Source: an uncultured virus (IMG/VR IMGVR_UViG_2898748948_000001) (lineage: Duplodnaviria; Heunggongvirae; Uroviricota; Caudoviricetes). Taken from it: a stretch of DNA of 20,000 bases. The notes under the pieces were generated by a model. It had not been told where the DNA came from, made no database searches, and was given only the letters and a program-made list of their open reading frames with translations. Shown here in pieces: positions 7,421 to 15,201 of this stretch; the first letter of the stretch is position 1, and each line of letters begins with the position of its first letter. Where the stretch lies: IMG/VR virus record IMGVR_UViG_2898748948_000001; one strand, written 5' to 3'. Both the position numbers and the translations under genes were made by a program.

Positions 7421-7816
7421 GTGACAGAGTTCGGGAGTTTTCTTTATCACAGCGAAATTGCCCCAGACGCCGATATTGGTTGCGTTGCCGAGATCGCCAA
7501 ATTCTCCCGCGTTTTTAACCAGGCACACGAAATCACGGGCGTCCTGATATTTGACGGCCAACGCTTCGTTCAGTACATCGAAGGCCCGCAGGAACACGTG
7601 ATTGCGGTTGCGAACAAAATCGCTTTGGACACCAGGCACATCAACTTCACTCCACTTTATCAAGCCCAAGGCATCACACAGCGCCTCTTCCCGAAATGGA
7701 CAATGGCATATTTCGCGAATGATGATGCAGAGCCTCTCGCAAGTATATTGACCGATCAAGGCGAAGCAGCGTTAAGCAGCCTGCAGAAAATACTGCCTCA
7801 GTTGGACGCCGCATAG
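7421..7816 (+). CDS. Stand-alone BLUF blue-light sensor protein
   Basis: BLUF residues Y(H)S, SRVFN, ITGVLIFDGQRFVQYIEGP, DTRH, RLFPKWTM; GTG start after GGAGG (ATG 7409 is an alternative). Confidence 0.92.
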   Translation: MTEFGSFLYHSEIAPDADIGCVAEIAKFSRVFNQAHEITGVLIFDGQRFVQYIEGPQEHVIAVANKIALDTRHINFTPLYQAQGITQRLFPKWTMAYFANDDAEPLASILTDQGEAALSSLQKILPQLDAA

Positions 7817-7874
7817 CGGAACAACCTCCTAGCCATTTACTGTCTGAGAGCAGTAAAAATCTGAATCCCTCAAT

Positions 7875-7896
7875 AGCCCGCTCCCGCGGGCTTTTT
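7875..7896 (+). terminator. Intrinsic terminator after BLUF
   Basis: AGCCCGC-TCCC-GCGGGCT-TTTT. Confidence 0.75.
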
Positions 7897-7913
7897 CTAT
7901 TTCTGGAGCCCAG

Positions 7914-8849
7914 ATGTTCAAGAACATGATCATTTACCGCATTGCCGAAAGCTGGCAAAGCGATCTGCAGGCGCTGGAGGATGCCCTGCAAAAGACAGTG
8001 TTTGAGGAGTGCGGCGCGACCCAGGAGCGCTCCGTGGGCTGGGTGCCGCCGCGCGGAGAGCAGCACGGCCTGCTGGTCGAATCCGTGGCTGGTCAGTGGG
8101 TCATGCGCTTCATGACCGAGGCCAAGGTGCTGCCGGCCAGCGTGCTCAATCGCAAGGTCAACGAAAAGGCCGAGCACATCGAAAAAACCGAAGGCCGCAA
8201 GCCGGGCAAGAAGGAAAAGCGCGACCTCAAGGACGAGGCCAAGCTGGATCTGCTGCCCATGGCCTTCACCAAGCAAGGCAGCATGTGGGTCTGGATCGAT
8301 CCTCAGGCCCGCACCTTGGTTCTGGACACCAGCGCCCAGGGCCGCGCCGACGAGGTGGTGACCCTGCTAGTCGAAGGCCTGCCCGGCTTATCTCTGGCCC
8401 TGCTGGACACCCAGACCAGCCCACAGGCCGCCATGGCGCATTGGCTGATGACACAGGAGCCGCCCACCGGCTTCACCGCCGACCGCGAGACGGAGCTGAA
8501 AGCATGCGACGAGTCCAAGGCCATCGTGCGCTATGCCCGCCACCCGTTGGACATCGATGAGGTCCGCAAACACATCGAGCACGGCAAGCTGCCGACCAAG
8601 CTGGCGATGACCTGGGACGACCGTGTGAGCTTTGTGCTGACCGAAGGCCTGCAGATCAAGAGCATTACGCTGCTGGATGCGGTCATGGATGGCAACAGCC
8701 AGGACGATGGCGGCTTCGATACCGATGTGGCCATTGCCACCGGTGAGCTGTCGCGCCTGATTCCCGACCTGATCGAAGCCCTTGGCGGAGAAGGCCGCAC
8801 AGGCCTGGGCGACCTGCCCGCCACGCTGGCTGCCAGCGCAAGCTGGTAA
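7914..8849 (+). CDS. rdgC: Recombination-associated protein RdgC (phage copy)
   Basis: MFKNMIIYRI, GWVPPRG, EAKVLPASV, LLPMAF, GKLPTKLAMTWDDRVSFVLTE motifs. Confidence 0.93.
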   Translation: MFKNMIIYRIAESWQSDLQALEDALQKTVFEECGATQERSVGWVPPRGEQHGLLVESVAGQWVMRFMTEAKVLPASVLNRKVNEKAEHIEKTEGRKPGKKEKRDLKDEAKLDLLPMAFTKQGSMWVWIDPQARTLVLDTSAQGRADEVVTLLVEGLPGLSLALLDTQTSPQAAMAHWLMTQEPPTGFTADRETELKACDESKAIVRYARHPLDIDEVRKHIEHGKLPTKLAMTWDDRVSFVLTEGLQIKSITLLDAVMDGNSQDDGGFDTDVAIATGELSRLIPDLIEALGGEGRTGLGDLPATLAASASW

Positions 8850-8852
8850 CCA

Positions 8853-9095
8853 TCACCTCAGCGCAGATGTGAAAGCAACGGCTAACGCAGCCACTGCGGC
8901 ACTTCCGAAAGCAAGTCGGCCAGCAATAGAAGTCCAGGGAGTGACTCGGCGTGCCTTAAGCCATAAATAGCAATTTTTTTGCTTCTCACGGTCGAACTCA
9001 AACAAGCCCATATCAAGTCTCTTTTGGATGACTGACAGACCGTGCTTGACCTCCCACTCCTCAAGCAATCTGCGCGTTCGATCATCAAGTGCCAT
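8853..9095 (-). CDS. Counter-oriented small protein with C-terminal hydrophobic anchor (moron)
   Basis: MALDDRTRRLLEEWEVKHG...GRLAFGSAAVAALAVAFTSALR; AT-rich upstream region. Confidence 0.55.
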   Translation of the reverse strand: MALDDRTRRLLEEWEVKHGLSVIQKRLDMGLFEFDREKQKNCYLWLKARRVTPWTSIAGRLAFGSAAVAALAVAFTSALR

Positions 9096-9183
9096 ACGTG
9101 GTCCGTACTCAGGTGAACAAAGCAAAGCGCTGAATGTAACGAATTGTTTATTGGCTTGGGATTGATTTTTCTAATAACCATGT

Positions 9184-9210
9184 GCCCACCAATGGGTGGG
9201 CTTTTTCTTT
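9184..9210 (+). terminator. Intrinsic terminator
   Basis: GCCCACC-AATG-GGTGGGC-TTTTTCTTT. Confidence 0.75.
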
Positions 9211-9220
9211 GGAGGCTCCC

Positions 9221-9619
9221 ATGAGTCTGACTTTCGTGAATCACAACGGCGACCCCATCACCGACTCCCGCATGGCCGCCATGCGAGCTCAAGGAATGGA
9301 GCTCGAGCGCCAGCGTCGCCTGGCAGCCAAGGCGGATCCCGTGTCCGTGCACAAGGGCTGGCGTGTCTCAGGTATCGCGCCTGGCCTGCTGGATGAAGCA
9401 AAGCAGGCGCACGAGCGGCTTTGCCAGATGGCGCAGAAGGCAGGGGGCAAACCGCCGGAGCCATTTGATGAAACCGCATGGCTGCGCACAGCCAAGCGCA
9501 CTGCAGTGCGTAGCAAGCCCTACATCCTTCAGGAGGCAGCTCAACAATGCAAGGAGCTGGCCGTCAAGGTGGGATGGCTGGAAGTCCAGTTGATAGAGAT
9601 CAAAAAGGTAGTCGCCTGA
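9221..9619 (+). CDS. Hypothetical phage protein
   Basis: GGAGG RBS then MSLTFVNHNGDPITDSRM... Confidence 0.72.
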   Translation: MSLTFVNHNGDPITDSRMAAMRAQGMELERQRRLAAKADPVSVHKGWRVSGIAPGLLDEAKQAHERLCQMAQKAGGKPPEPFDETAWLRTAKRTAVRSKPYILQEAAQQCKELAVKVGWLEVQLIEIKKVVA

Positions 9620-9888
9620 GTTATCAAAAATCTGATCTGCACACAGTGTCACCCGCGAAGACAGGGCTACACATTTGGAACGATTTTTATTCGTGCAACT
9701 GAGGCCGTTTTTGATGACTTTTGGCAGCTTTTGTGCACGGAACAAGAGTTCGGCTGACAGCAATCTATCAGCCTGCGGCGGTGTAATAATTTGTGACAAA
9801 AGCGAAAATACGAGCATCGAGATTCCAGATCGCCGTTTAACGCTCAGGGTTGAAATGATTGCTCTTTGATCGGGGAGGCTCTGGTCAG

Positions 9889-11109
9889 ATGTCCGCGAAT
9901 TACAACTTGTTGGTACTGACACCACCTCTGGCGCTACTGGTTCTTGCTGCCGTCCTGATGGTTGCTTGGTTTAACCAACGATCCCAGCGCTTTCTGTTTT
10001 GGCAAGCCTGCGCCTATTCGCTCACGGCACTGCCCCTCGCTGCTCAAACCTTGATTCCCCTTGAGGTGCTCACGCGCTATGCGCTATTGATTGGCAGCAT
10101 CTATCTGCTGGGAGCCTGGTGTCTTGCGAAGTGCTGGGCGGACAGGTGGCGTGTATCAACGCATCCGCACATTGCACTGCAGATCTCCATCGTCACCTTA
10201 GCCGTTGTGTATCACTTCAGCTGGGTGAATCCGATTCCTTGGGTTCGCATCTGTTCCTTCAGTATAGGCTCGGGCTTGGTTCTAATGCTGCCTATCCTGC
10301 AGGTCCGCTCAAGGATGAGCTCTTTACACTGGCTCGATAAATTGCTGCTCTGGCTAAGCATCGCATTCACTACCTATACCTTCACTCGGCCCGGTTTGAT
10401 CTGGCTGCTGGGCTACTCGGATCTTCGGTCATTGCCAAAGTCGCCCTACTGGCTCCTAACGCTGGTGAGCATCTTGAACTTCGCGCTGCTCTTCAGCTTG
10501 GTGATGACTGCTATTGCCGCGAAGGAAACGGTAGACAAGCTACGACGTGAGCGAGACCTTGATGCGTTGACCCAGTTGCTGAATCGCCGCTCTTTTCAAG
10601 AATATGCCCAGCAGCGCCTCGCTGACATACGGCTCTATCCGATGGCCGTGCTGGCCTGCGATATAGATCACTTCAAGCGCATTAACGACTCCTGGGGCCA
10701 CAAGCGCGGCGATGAGGTTCTGCAACTGGTTTCAACGACTCTTAAAGACAGCGTGCGGGAGAACGACCTTGTCGCACGGTTCGGCGGGGAAGAGTTTGTG
10801 CTTTTGCTGACGGAAATTTCACTGAAAGATGCCGAGGCCATTGCCCTTCGCATCCAGCGCGACCTCCGCTTGAACAATGAAGTTCTCCCATCAGGCTACA
10901 CGTTGACCCTGAGCTTCGGGATTTCAGCGCTCGACAGCAACACGCCATTAGATCAAGCCCTGCGAGAGGCCGATCGGCTTCTTTACGAAGCCAAAAATGC
11001 TGGGCGAGATCGGGTGCACGTATCCGGGGGCAACTATCCGGATATATCCATCGAACTCGATCCCGTTGCAAACCCAAGCTACCACATGCCCTACAGCAAA
11101 AGCACATAG
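9889..11109 (+). CDS. Membrane-bound GGDEF diguanylate cyclase
   Basis: Multi-TM N-terminus; DALTQLLNRR, DIDHFKRINDSWGHKRGDEVL, RxxD I-site (REND), GGEEF active site, LYEAKNAGRDR. Confidence 0.93.
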   Translation: MSANYNLLVLTPPLALLVLAAVLMVAWFNQRSQRFLFWQACAYSLTALPLAAQTLIPLEVLTRYALLIGSIYLLGAWCLAKCWADRWRVSTHPHIALQISIVTLAVVYHFSWVNPIPWVRICSFSIGSGLVLMLPILQVRSRMSSLHWLDKLLLWLSIAFTTYTFTRPGLIWLLGYSDLRSLPKSPYWLLTLVSILNFALLFSLVMTAIAAKETVDKLRRERDLDALTQLLNRRSFQEYAQQRLADIRLYPMAVLACDIDHFKRINDSWGHKRGDEVLQLVSTTLKDSVRENDLVARFGGEEFVLLLTEISLKDAEAIALRIQRDLRLNNEVLPSGYTLTLSFGISALDSNTPLDQALREADRLLYEAKNAGRDRVHVSGGNYPDISIELDPVANPSYHMPYSKST

Positions 11110-11232
11110 CGCCCTCGCAACGAGCGTTTCACCCGTAATCACCACAGCCCACCACCCGCTTTTTTCATTCCATAGAAAGCGTTCCAGGAATGAAGAAGCG
11201 TAATCTATAGGCCGAGTCACCGAGGAGCAGAC

Positions 11233-11490
11233 ATGGCGAGCAATGCTTCACAACCCGTACAGGCATATCGCTACGAACTGTTGCCAGAAAATCTTCACGC
11301 TGATTGGAAGATCATCGTTGACAGGGTTCGCGCAGCCTATGACAAGAAGCCGGAATCGGCGATACAGCTGGAGAACGCTCGTCAGCACGGGTTCGGCTTT
11401 ATCCGCGCACTCGCAGCAGCAGGTCTTGTGACTGTAGCTGGCAAAGCAGACCTGATGGAGCTATTGCTATACCCCAGATCGTCTTGCTGA
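11233..11490 (+). CDS. Hypothetical protein
   Basis: GAGGAG RBS; 85 aa with helical composition. Confidence 0.65.
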   Translation: MASNASQPVQAYRYELLPENLHADWKIIVDRVRAAYDKKPESAIQLENARQHGFGFIRALAAAGLVTVAGKADLMELLLYPRSSC

Positions 11491-11587
11491 CTACAAGGAT
11501 CCCCAGTCTATAGACGGCTCGCTGCTTGCCATCGCTTCAGCCGACGTTGGTCAGGACGACCAGTCACTACCTATCCACCCATCACCT

Positions 11588-11610
11588 GCCCGCCATTGAG
11601 CGGGCTTTTT
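11588..11610 (+). terminator. Intrinsic terminator
   Basis: GCCCGC-CATTGA-GCGGGC-TTTTT. Confidence 0.75.
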
Positions 11611-11627
11611 GCTTTCTGGAGACACGA

Positions 11628-12320
11628 ATGCCCCGAGAAATTGCATGCACCGAGGATCGCTTCCTCAAGGATGCGCAAGCGCACCAGATGGAAGTCATGC
11701 GCGACGACGGTGTGAACCGTCATTTGCGGTTCAAAGATCCCTCCAGCCGCGCCTACTGGTTCGACATCATCACTTGGCCTGGCACGCTGTGCATTGATGG
11801 CGACATGGGAACTTTCGTATTCCGACGCTTGCAGGACATGTTCACGTTCTTTCGCACAGATCAAGAGCACTACAACAAAACAGGCCGCGCTGATCAACTG
11901 GCAATCAACCCTGGCTATTGGGACGAGAAGCTGCTCGCACCGGCACCAAGGGATGTCATGGAGTTCAGTGCCGATAGCTTTCGGGAGCATGTCAAAGAGG
12001 CATTTGATAGCTGGGTTGAGTGCAGTGAACCCGATGCTGAATACAGCACCCAGGCGGAGCACGACCAATTCAGCGACGACAAGGCAGCGCTTTGGAGCGC
12101 TCTGAACGATGAAGTTCTATCGACTGCCGATGATGGCGAAGTACGAGCCTACGACGCTGCCCGCGACTTTCGATGTGATGACGTGCCTGGCTTTCAGATG
12201 GATGACTGCTGGGAGTGGAACTGCAAGGAATTCAAATTCCATTTCCTATGGAACTGCTATGCCATCGCGTGGGGAATCAAGGCCTACGACAACGTGAAGC
12301 AACAGGCATCAGTCACCTAA
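11628..12320 (+). CDS. Conserved-looking phage hypothetical protein
   Basis: GGAG RBS; RDDGVNRHLRF...YWFDIITWPGTLCIDGDMGTFVFRR...FLWNCYAIAWGIKAYD. Confidence 0.78.
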   Translation: MPREIACTEDRFLKDAQAHQMEVMRDDGVNRHLRFKDPSSRAYWFDIITWPGTLCIDGDMGTFVFRRLQDMFTFFRTDQEHYNKTGRADQLAINPGYWDEKLLAPAPRDVMEFSADSFREHVKEAFDSWVECSEPDAEYSTQAEHDQFSDDKAALWSALNDEVLSTADDGEVRAYDAARDFRCDDVPGFQMDDCWEWNCKEFKFHFLWNCYAIAWGIKAYDNVKQQASVT

Positions 12321-12330
12321 CCAACACCCC

Positions 12331-12351
12331 AGCCCGCCGCTGCGGGCTTTT
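12331..12351 (+). terminator. Intrinsic terminator
   Basis: AGCCCGC-CGCT-GCGGGCT-TTT. Confidence 0.7.
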
Positions 12352-12366
12352 CTCATTCTGGGAGCC

Positions 12367-12906
12367 ATGGAAACCATGACCAACACCAACAACCTGCTGC
12401 CCTGCCCCTTCTGCGGTGGCGAGCCGAAATATGACGTCTGGAGCGACCGCAACTATCACAAAGCCGAGTGTGTGGATTGCGCTTTTGAATTCGACTACTG
12501 CCAAACCTATGAAGAACTTGAAGCATCGTGGAACAAGCGCGTTGCGCTCGCGCCCTGCCTGCACCAGATTCAGGAGCCTGCCCCTGTGCAGGCAGACGCG
12601 CGGGATGCGGAAATCACATGGCCCAAGGCGCGCGATATTGGGCGCATCGGAGACATGAGCCAAGTTGCCCACATTCGCGTGGGCTTTGATTCTGACAACG
12701 ATGTGTTTGTGTCCGTCTGGGACGAGAACGGCGGCGGCAGCATCGAATTCTGCAATCCGGGCGGAGGTGGCGGCGGTCAATCGAGCCGCACTCGCACGGC
12801 CCTGATCGCGCTCATGGTGGCGATGGAAGCCGACAACGCCGAGAAGCCTTCGCGCGACTGGTGGGCACAACGCGCCGCTATCGCGGCAGCAAAGGGAGGG
12901 GCATGA
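12367..12906 (+). CDS. Lar-family (restriction alleviation) zinc-finger protein with extra C-terminal domain
   Basis: LLPCPFCGG...CVDC...SWNKR Lar-type signature. Confidence 0.75.
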   Translation: METMTNTNNLLPCPFCGGEPKYDVWSDRNYHKAECVDCAFEFDYCQTYEELEASWNKRVALAPCLHQIQEPAPVQADARDAEITWPKARDIGRIGDMSQVAHIRVGFDSDNDVFVSVWDENGGGSIEFCNPGGGGGGQSSRTRTALIALMVAMEADNAEKPSRDWWAQRAAIAAAKGGA

Positions 12907-12980
12907 GCCGACGAGCCCGCGACCGCGGCGACAAGCGCGACAGATGGCGCGAACCCATCAACCACCCAGAGCCCCGCTGA
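12903..12980 (+). CDS. Putative 25-aa Arg-rich peptide
   Basis: ATGA overlap with the lar stop, GGGAGG RBS; MSRRARDRGDKRDRWREPINHPEPR. Confidence 0.4.
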   Translation: MSRRARDRGDKRDRWREPINHPEPR

Positions 12981-12998
12981 TGCGGGGCTTTGCTTTTT
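12970..12998 (+). terminator. Intrinsic terminator upstream of the xis region
   Basis: AGCCCCGC-TGAT-GCGGGGCT-TTGCTTTTT. Confidence 0.7.
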
Positions 12999-13008
12999 GG
13001 GAGACCTC

Positions 13009-13236
13009 ATGGCAATCAGCGCCAGCACCGTGGGCCTGCCAGAAGACAAGACCTACATCGCCCACCACTTCAACTGCCCAACCTGCTGCGCGGCCGGCCT
13101 CTCCGGTGGCAAGCAGGCGCGCTGTGCCGATGGTCAGCAGCTCTGGGAAACCTACCTCCAGGCCTTTGATGCCCAGCACGACCGCAGGCCTCGCGCTCAT
13201 ATCGAGCCGCTGTCCAGCCCCTCCACAACCCCCTGA
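13009..13236 (+). CDS. Small Cys/His-rich phage protein
   Basis: GGGAG RBS; HHFNCPTCC...RCADGQQLW. Confidence 0.65.
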   Translation: MAISASTVGLPEDKTYIAHHFNCPTCCAAGLSGGKQARCADGQQLWETYLQAFDAQHDRRPRAHIEPLSSPSTTP

Positions 13237-13251
13237 ACTGAGCCTTGATCT

Positions 13252-13506
13252 ATGAAACATTCAGATACACAAGCTGCAAACCATGCCGCCAATGATGAGT
13301 CCGTCAATGCACCCGAGTGGGTGCTGGCCTCCAAGTTTGAGGAACTCACCGGGGTGACACGAGAGACCGTCAAACAACGCAAGAAGGCTGGCACCTGGCG
13401 CGAGGGAGCCCAGGTCGCAGTCGTTCACCGCCGCCTCTACGTCAACATCAAAGCAGCCGATCAATGGATAAAAGACCACCTACCCAAGCAACACCGCCCG
13501 GCGTGA
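13252..13506 (+). CDS. xis: Excisionase (putative)
   Basis: Basic winged-helix-like EWVLASKFEELTGVTRETVKQRKKAGTW...LYVNIKAADQWI; overlaps the int start. Confidence 0.8.
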   Translation: MKHSDTQAANHAANDESVNAPEWVLASKFEELTGVTRETVKQRKKAGTWREGAQVAVVHRRLYVNIKAADQWIKDHLPKQHRPA

Positions 13507-14648
13507 AGATTCGCCATCTCGTCTCAGGCGACAGGCTGCAAATTGCCTTCACCTGGGAGGGCCAGGAGTGCCGCGAGCTGCTCCCAGCCTGTGCAATCAA
13601 CAAGAGCAGCATTCAGCGCGCGGCCTCATTGCGCGACGAGATCCGCCGCAAGATTGCCGAAGGCGGCTTCTCCTATGCCGATTACTTCCCGGACAGCCCA
13701 AGGGCTGCAGCCCCGTCACAAAGCAACCCGCTCATGGAAACGCTGCTGCAAAAGCAGCTGGACACCTATGCCCGCCAGGTCAAGAACGGGCAAATGTCCC
13801 CATCCACCTACAACGGTTACGCCAAGGCCATCACAGGCGAGCGCATGCGCCGTTGGCATGGGCTGAAGGTGGGCGAGGTATTGCCCAGTCTGCTGCGTGA
13901 CTGGGTTTCAGAAATGGACTGCACCAGCAAGGCCATACGGAACATGCTCACCCCGCTGCGCAGCTTGTTTGAGGATGCGCTCAATGATGAGCTGATCGAC
14001 TTCAATCCCTTCGAGCGCATCGCTCTATCCAAGCTCATTCGGCAAACGGCAAAGGCCAGCGACTATGTGGTGACGCCGTTCAGCGCGGCTGAGCGCGAGA
14101 CCATCCTCAAGGCCTGCCGCCCCGACGAAAGGCCCATGCTCCAGTTTTGGTTTGAGACGGGCCTGCGCCCAGGCGAGCTGCAAGCGTTGCAGTGGAGCCA
14201 CATCGATTGGGAGCGGTCCGTTGCCCGGATAGAGCTCAATCAGGTCGCAGGCGTGATCAAAGGGCCCAAGACAGCCGCCGGCATCCGAGATGTGGAGCTA
14301 TCCGCCGAGGCGCTCGCGGCGCTGCACGCCCAGCGCCCTATTTCCGAGCTCAAGGGCGAGCGCATCTGGCTCAACCCCCGCACGGGCGAGCCATGGAGCA
14401 CAGACGCCCAGATCCGCAAGACGCTCTGGCAGCCGGTCTGCAAACGCGCCGAGGTGGAGTATCGGAATCCCTATCAGGTCCGCCACACCTATGCCTCAGC
14501 CTTGCTGACGGCCGGCGCCAATCCATGGTACGTGGCAAGCCAGTTGGGGCATGAGGACGTGGAGATGGTTTTTCGCACCTATGGCAAATTCATCAGGGAC
14601 GACTACCAGAAGCCCAAGCCTGAATTTCGCATTGTGAAAGAAAAATGA
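13464..14648 (+). CDS. int: Prophage tyrosine integrase with arm-binding N-terminal domain
   Basis: TGLRPGE, GPKT, YQVRHT, LGH and TYG catalytic motifs. Confidence 0.95.
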   Translation: MDKRPPTQATPPGVKIRHLVSGDRLQIAFTWEGQECRELLPACAINKSSIQRAASLRDEIRRKIAEGGFSYADYFPDSPRAAAPSQSNPLMETLLQKQLDTYARQVKNGQMSPSTYNGYAKAITGERMRRWHGLKVGEVLPSLLRDWVSEMDCTSKAIRNMLTPLRSLFEDALNDELIDFNPFERIALSKLIRQTAKASDYVVTPFSAAERETILKACRPDERPMLQFWFETGLRPGELQALQWSHIDWERSVARIELNQVAGVIKGPKTAAGIRDVELSAEALAALHAQRPISELKGERIWLNPRTGEPWSTDAQIRKTLWQPVCKRAEVEYRNPYQVRHTYASALLTAGANPWYVASQLGHEDVEMVFRTYGKFIRDDYQKPKPEFRIVKEK

Positions 14649-14681
14649 TCGGTGCGATTTCGGTGCGAAATCGGTGCGATT
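14649..14681. repeat. Three tandem 11-bp repeats, putative integrase arm-type sites
   Basis: TCGGTGCGATT-TCGGTGCGAAA-TCGGTGCGATT directly after the int stop. Confidence 0.75.
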
Positions 14682-14710
14682 TGGTGGACACCACAGCACA
14701 CCAGAAGGCA

Positions 14711-14753
14711 AAGAAAAACCGCCACACACTAGGCTTTCCAGTGTGTGGCGGTG
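14711..14753 (-). terminator. Intrinsic terminator downstream of the tmRNA 3' end
   Basis: On the minus strand ACCGCCACACACT/AGTGTGTGGCGGT stem followed by TTTTCTT. Confidence 0.75.
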
Positions 14754-14760
14754 TCTTGAA

Positions 14761-14782
14761 TGGTGGGCTGGCGGGAATTGAA
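14761..14782 (-). other. tmRNA (ssrA) 3'-end fragment, att junction
   Basis: Minus strand reads TTCAATTCCCGCCAGCCCACCA, matching the tmRNA end TTCAAYTCCCGCCAGCTCCACCA with one base missing; no upstream gene body. Confidence 0.75.
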
Positions 14783-15201
14783 TCTTCCCTTGAAACCAGC
14801 ATAAACCAAAGACTTTTGAAAATTTTTATGTCTTGATGTTCCCCATGTTGTTCCCCCGTTGGAGCAAATTTAAGGCTGGATTGGGTTGGAACACTTAAGA
14901 CATAAATTTATTGGCAAATTATTGCACATGCTCAGCGCAAAAAAGGCAAAAAACGGTGCCGGATACGGATTTGAATGAGGACAGTGAATTTTTGGCTCAG
15001 CTGAAACTGCCCCCCATAAAGGTTTGAATTTTCCACAATTGTTCACCTCGTTCAAAGACCTCTTTGGACAACTATAGGCTGATGGACTAAACCGCTCGCG
15101 CGGTAGTCCGCCGCGAAGGCCCTGACGCGGAATACACATCGCACCCCTGTCTATGTTGGTGAATGAGGCAATCGGCCTCGTTCTTCGACAGGAGTGCGAT
15201 C

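Larger units (their letters stand above)
1..14782. mobile_element. Lambdoid prophage (early/regulatory half; continues left of the window), right end at a tmRNA 3' fragment
   Basis: Lambdoid order: replication genes - cro / cI - pL accessory operon - xis - int, then arm-type repeats and an att-like tDNA fragment. Confidence 0.93.

Noticed and set aside
9620..9888. c-di-GMP riboswitch upstream of the cyclase
   Set aside because: I could not find the GEMM-I or class II consensus elements by eye
14870..15139. 89-aa minus-strand ORF
   Set aside because: Crosses the inferred IS91-element boundary and has no recognisable motif; at most a remnant
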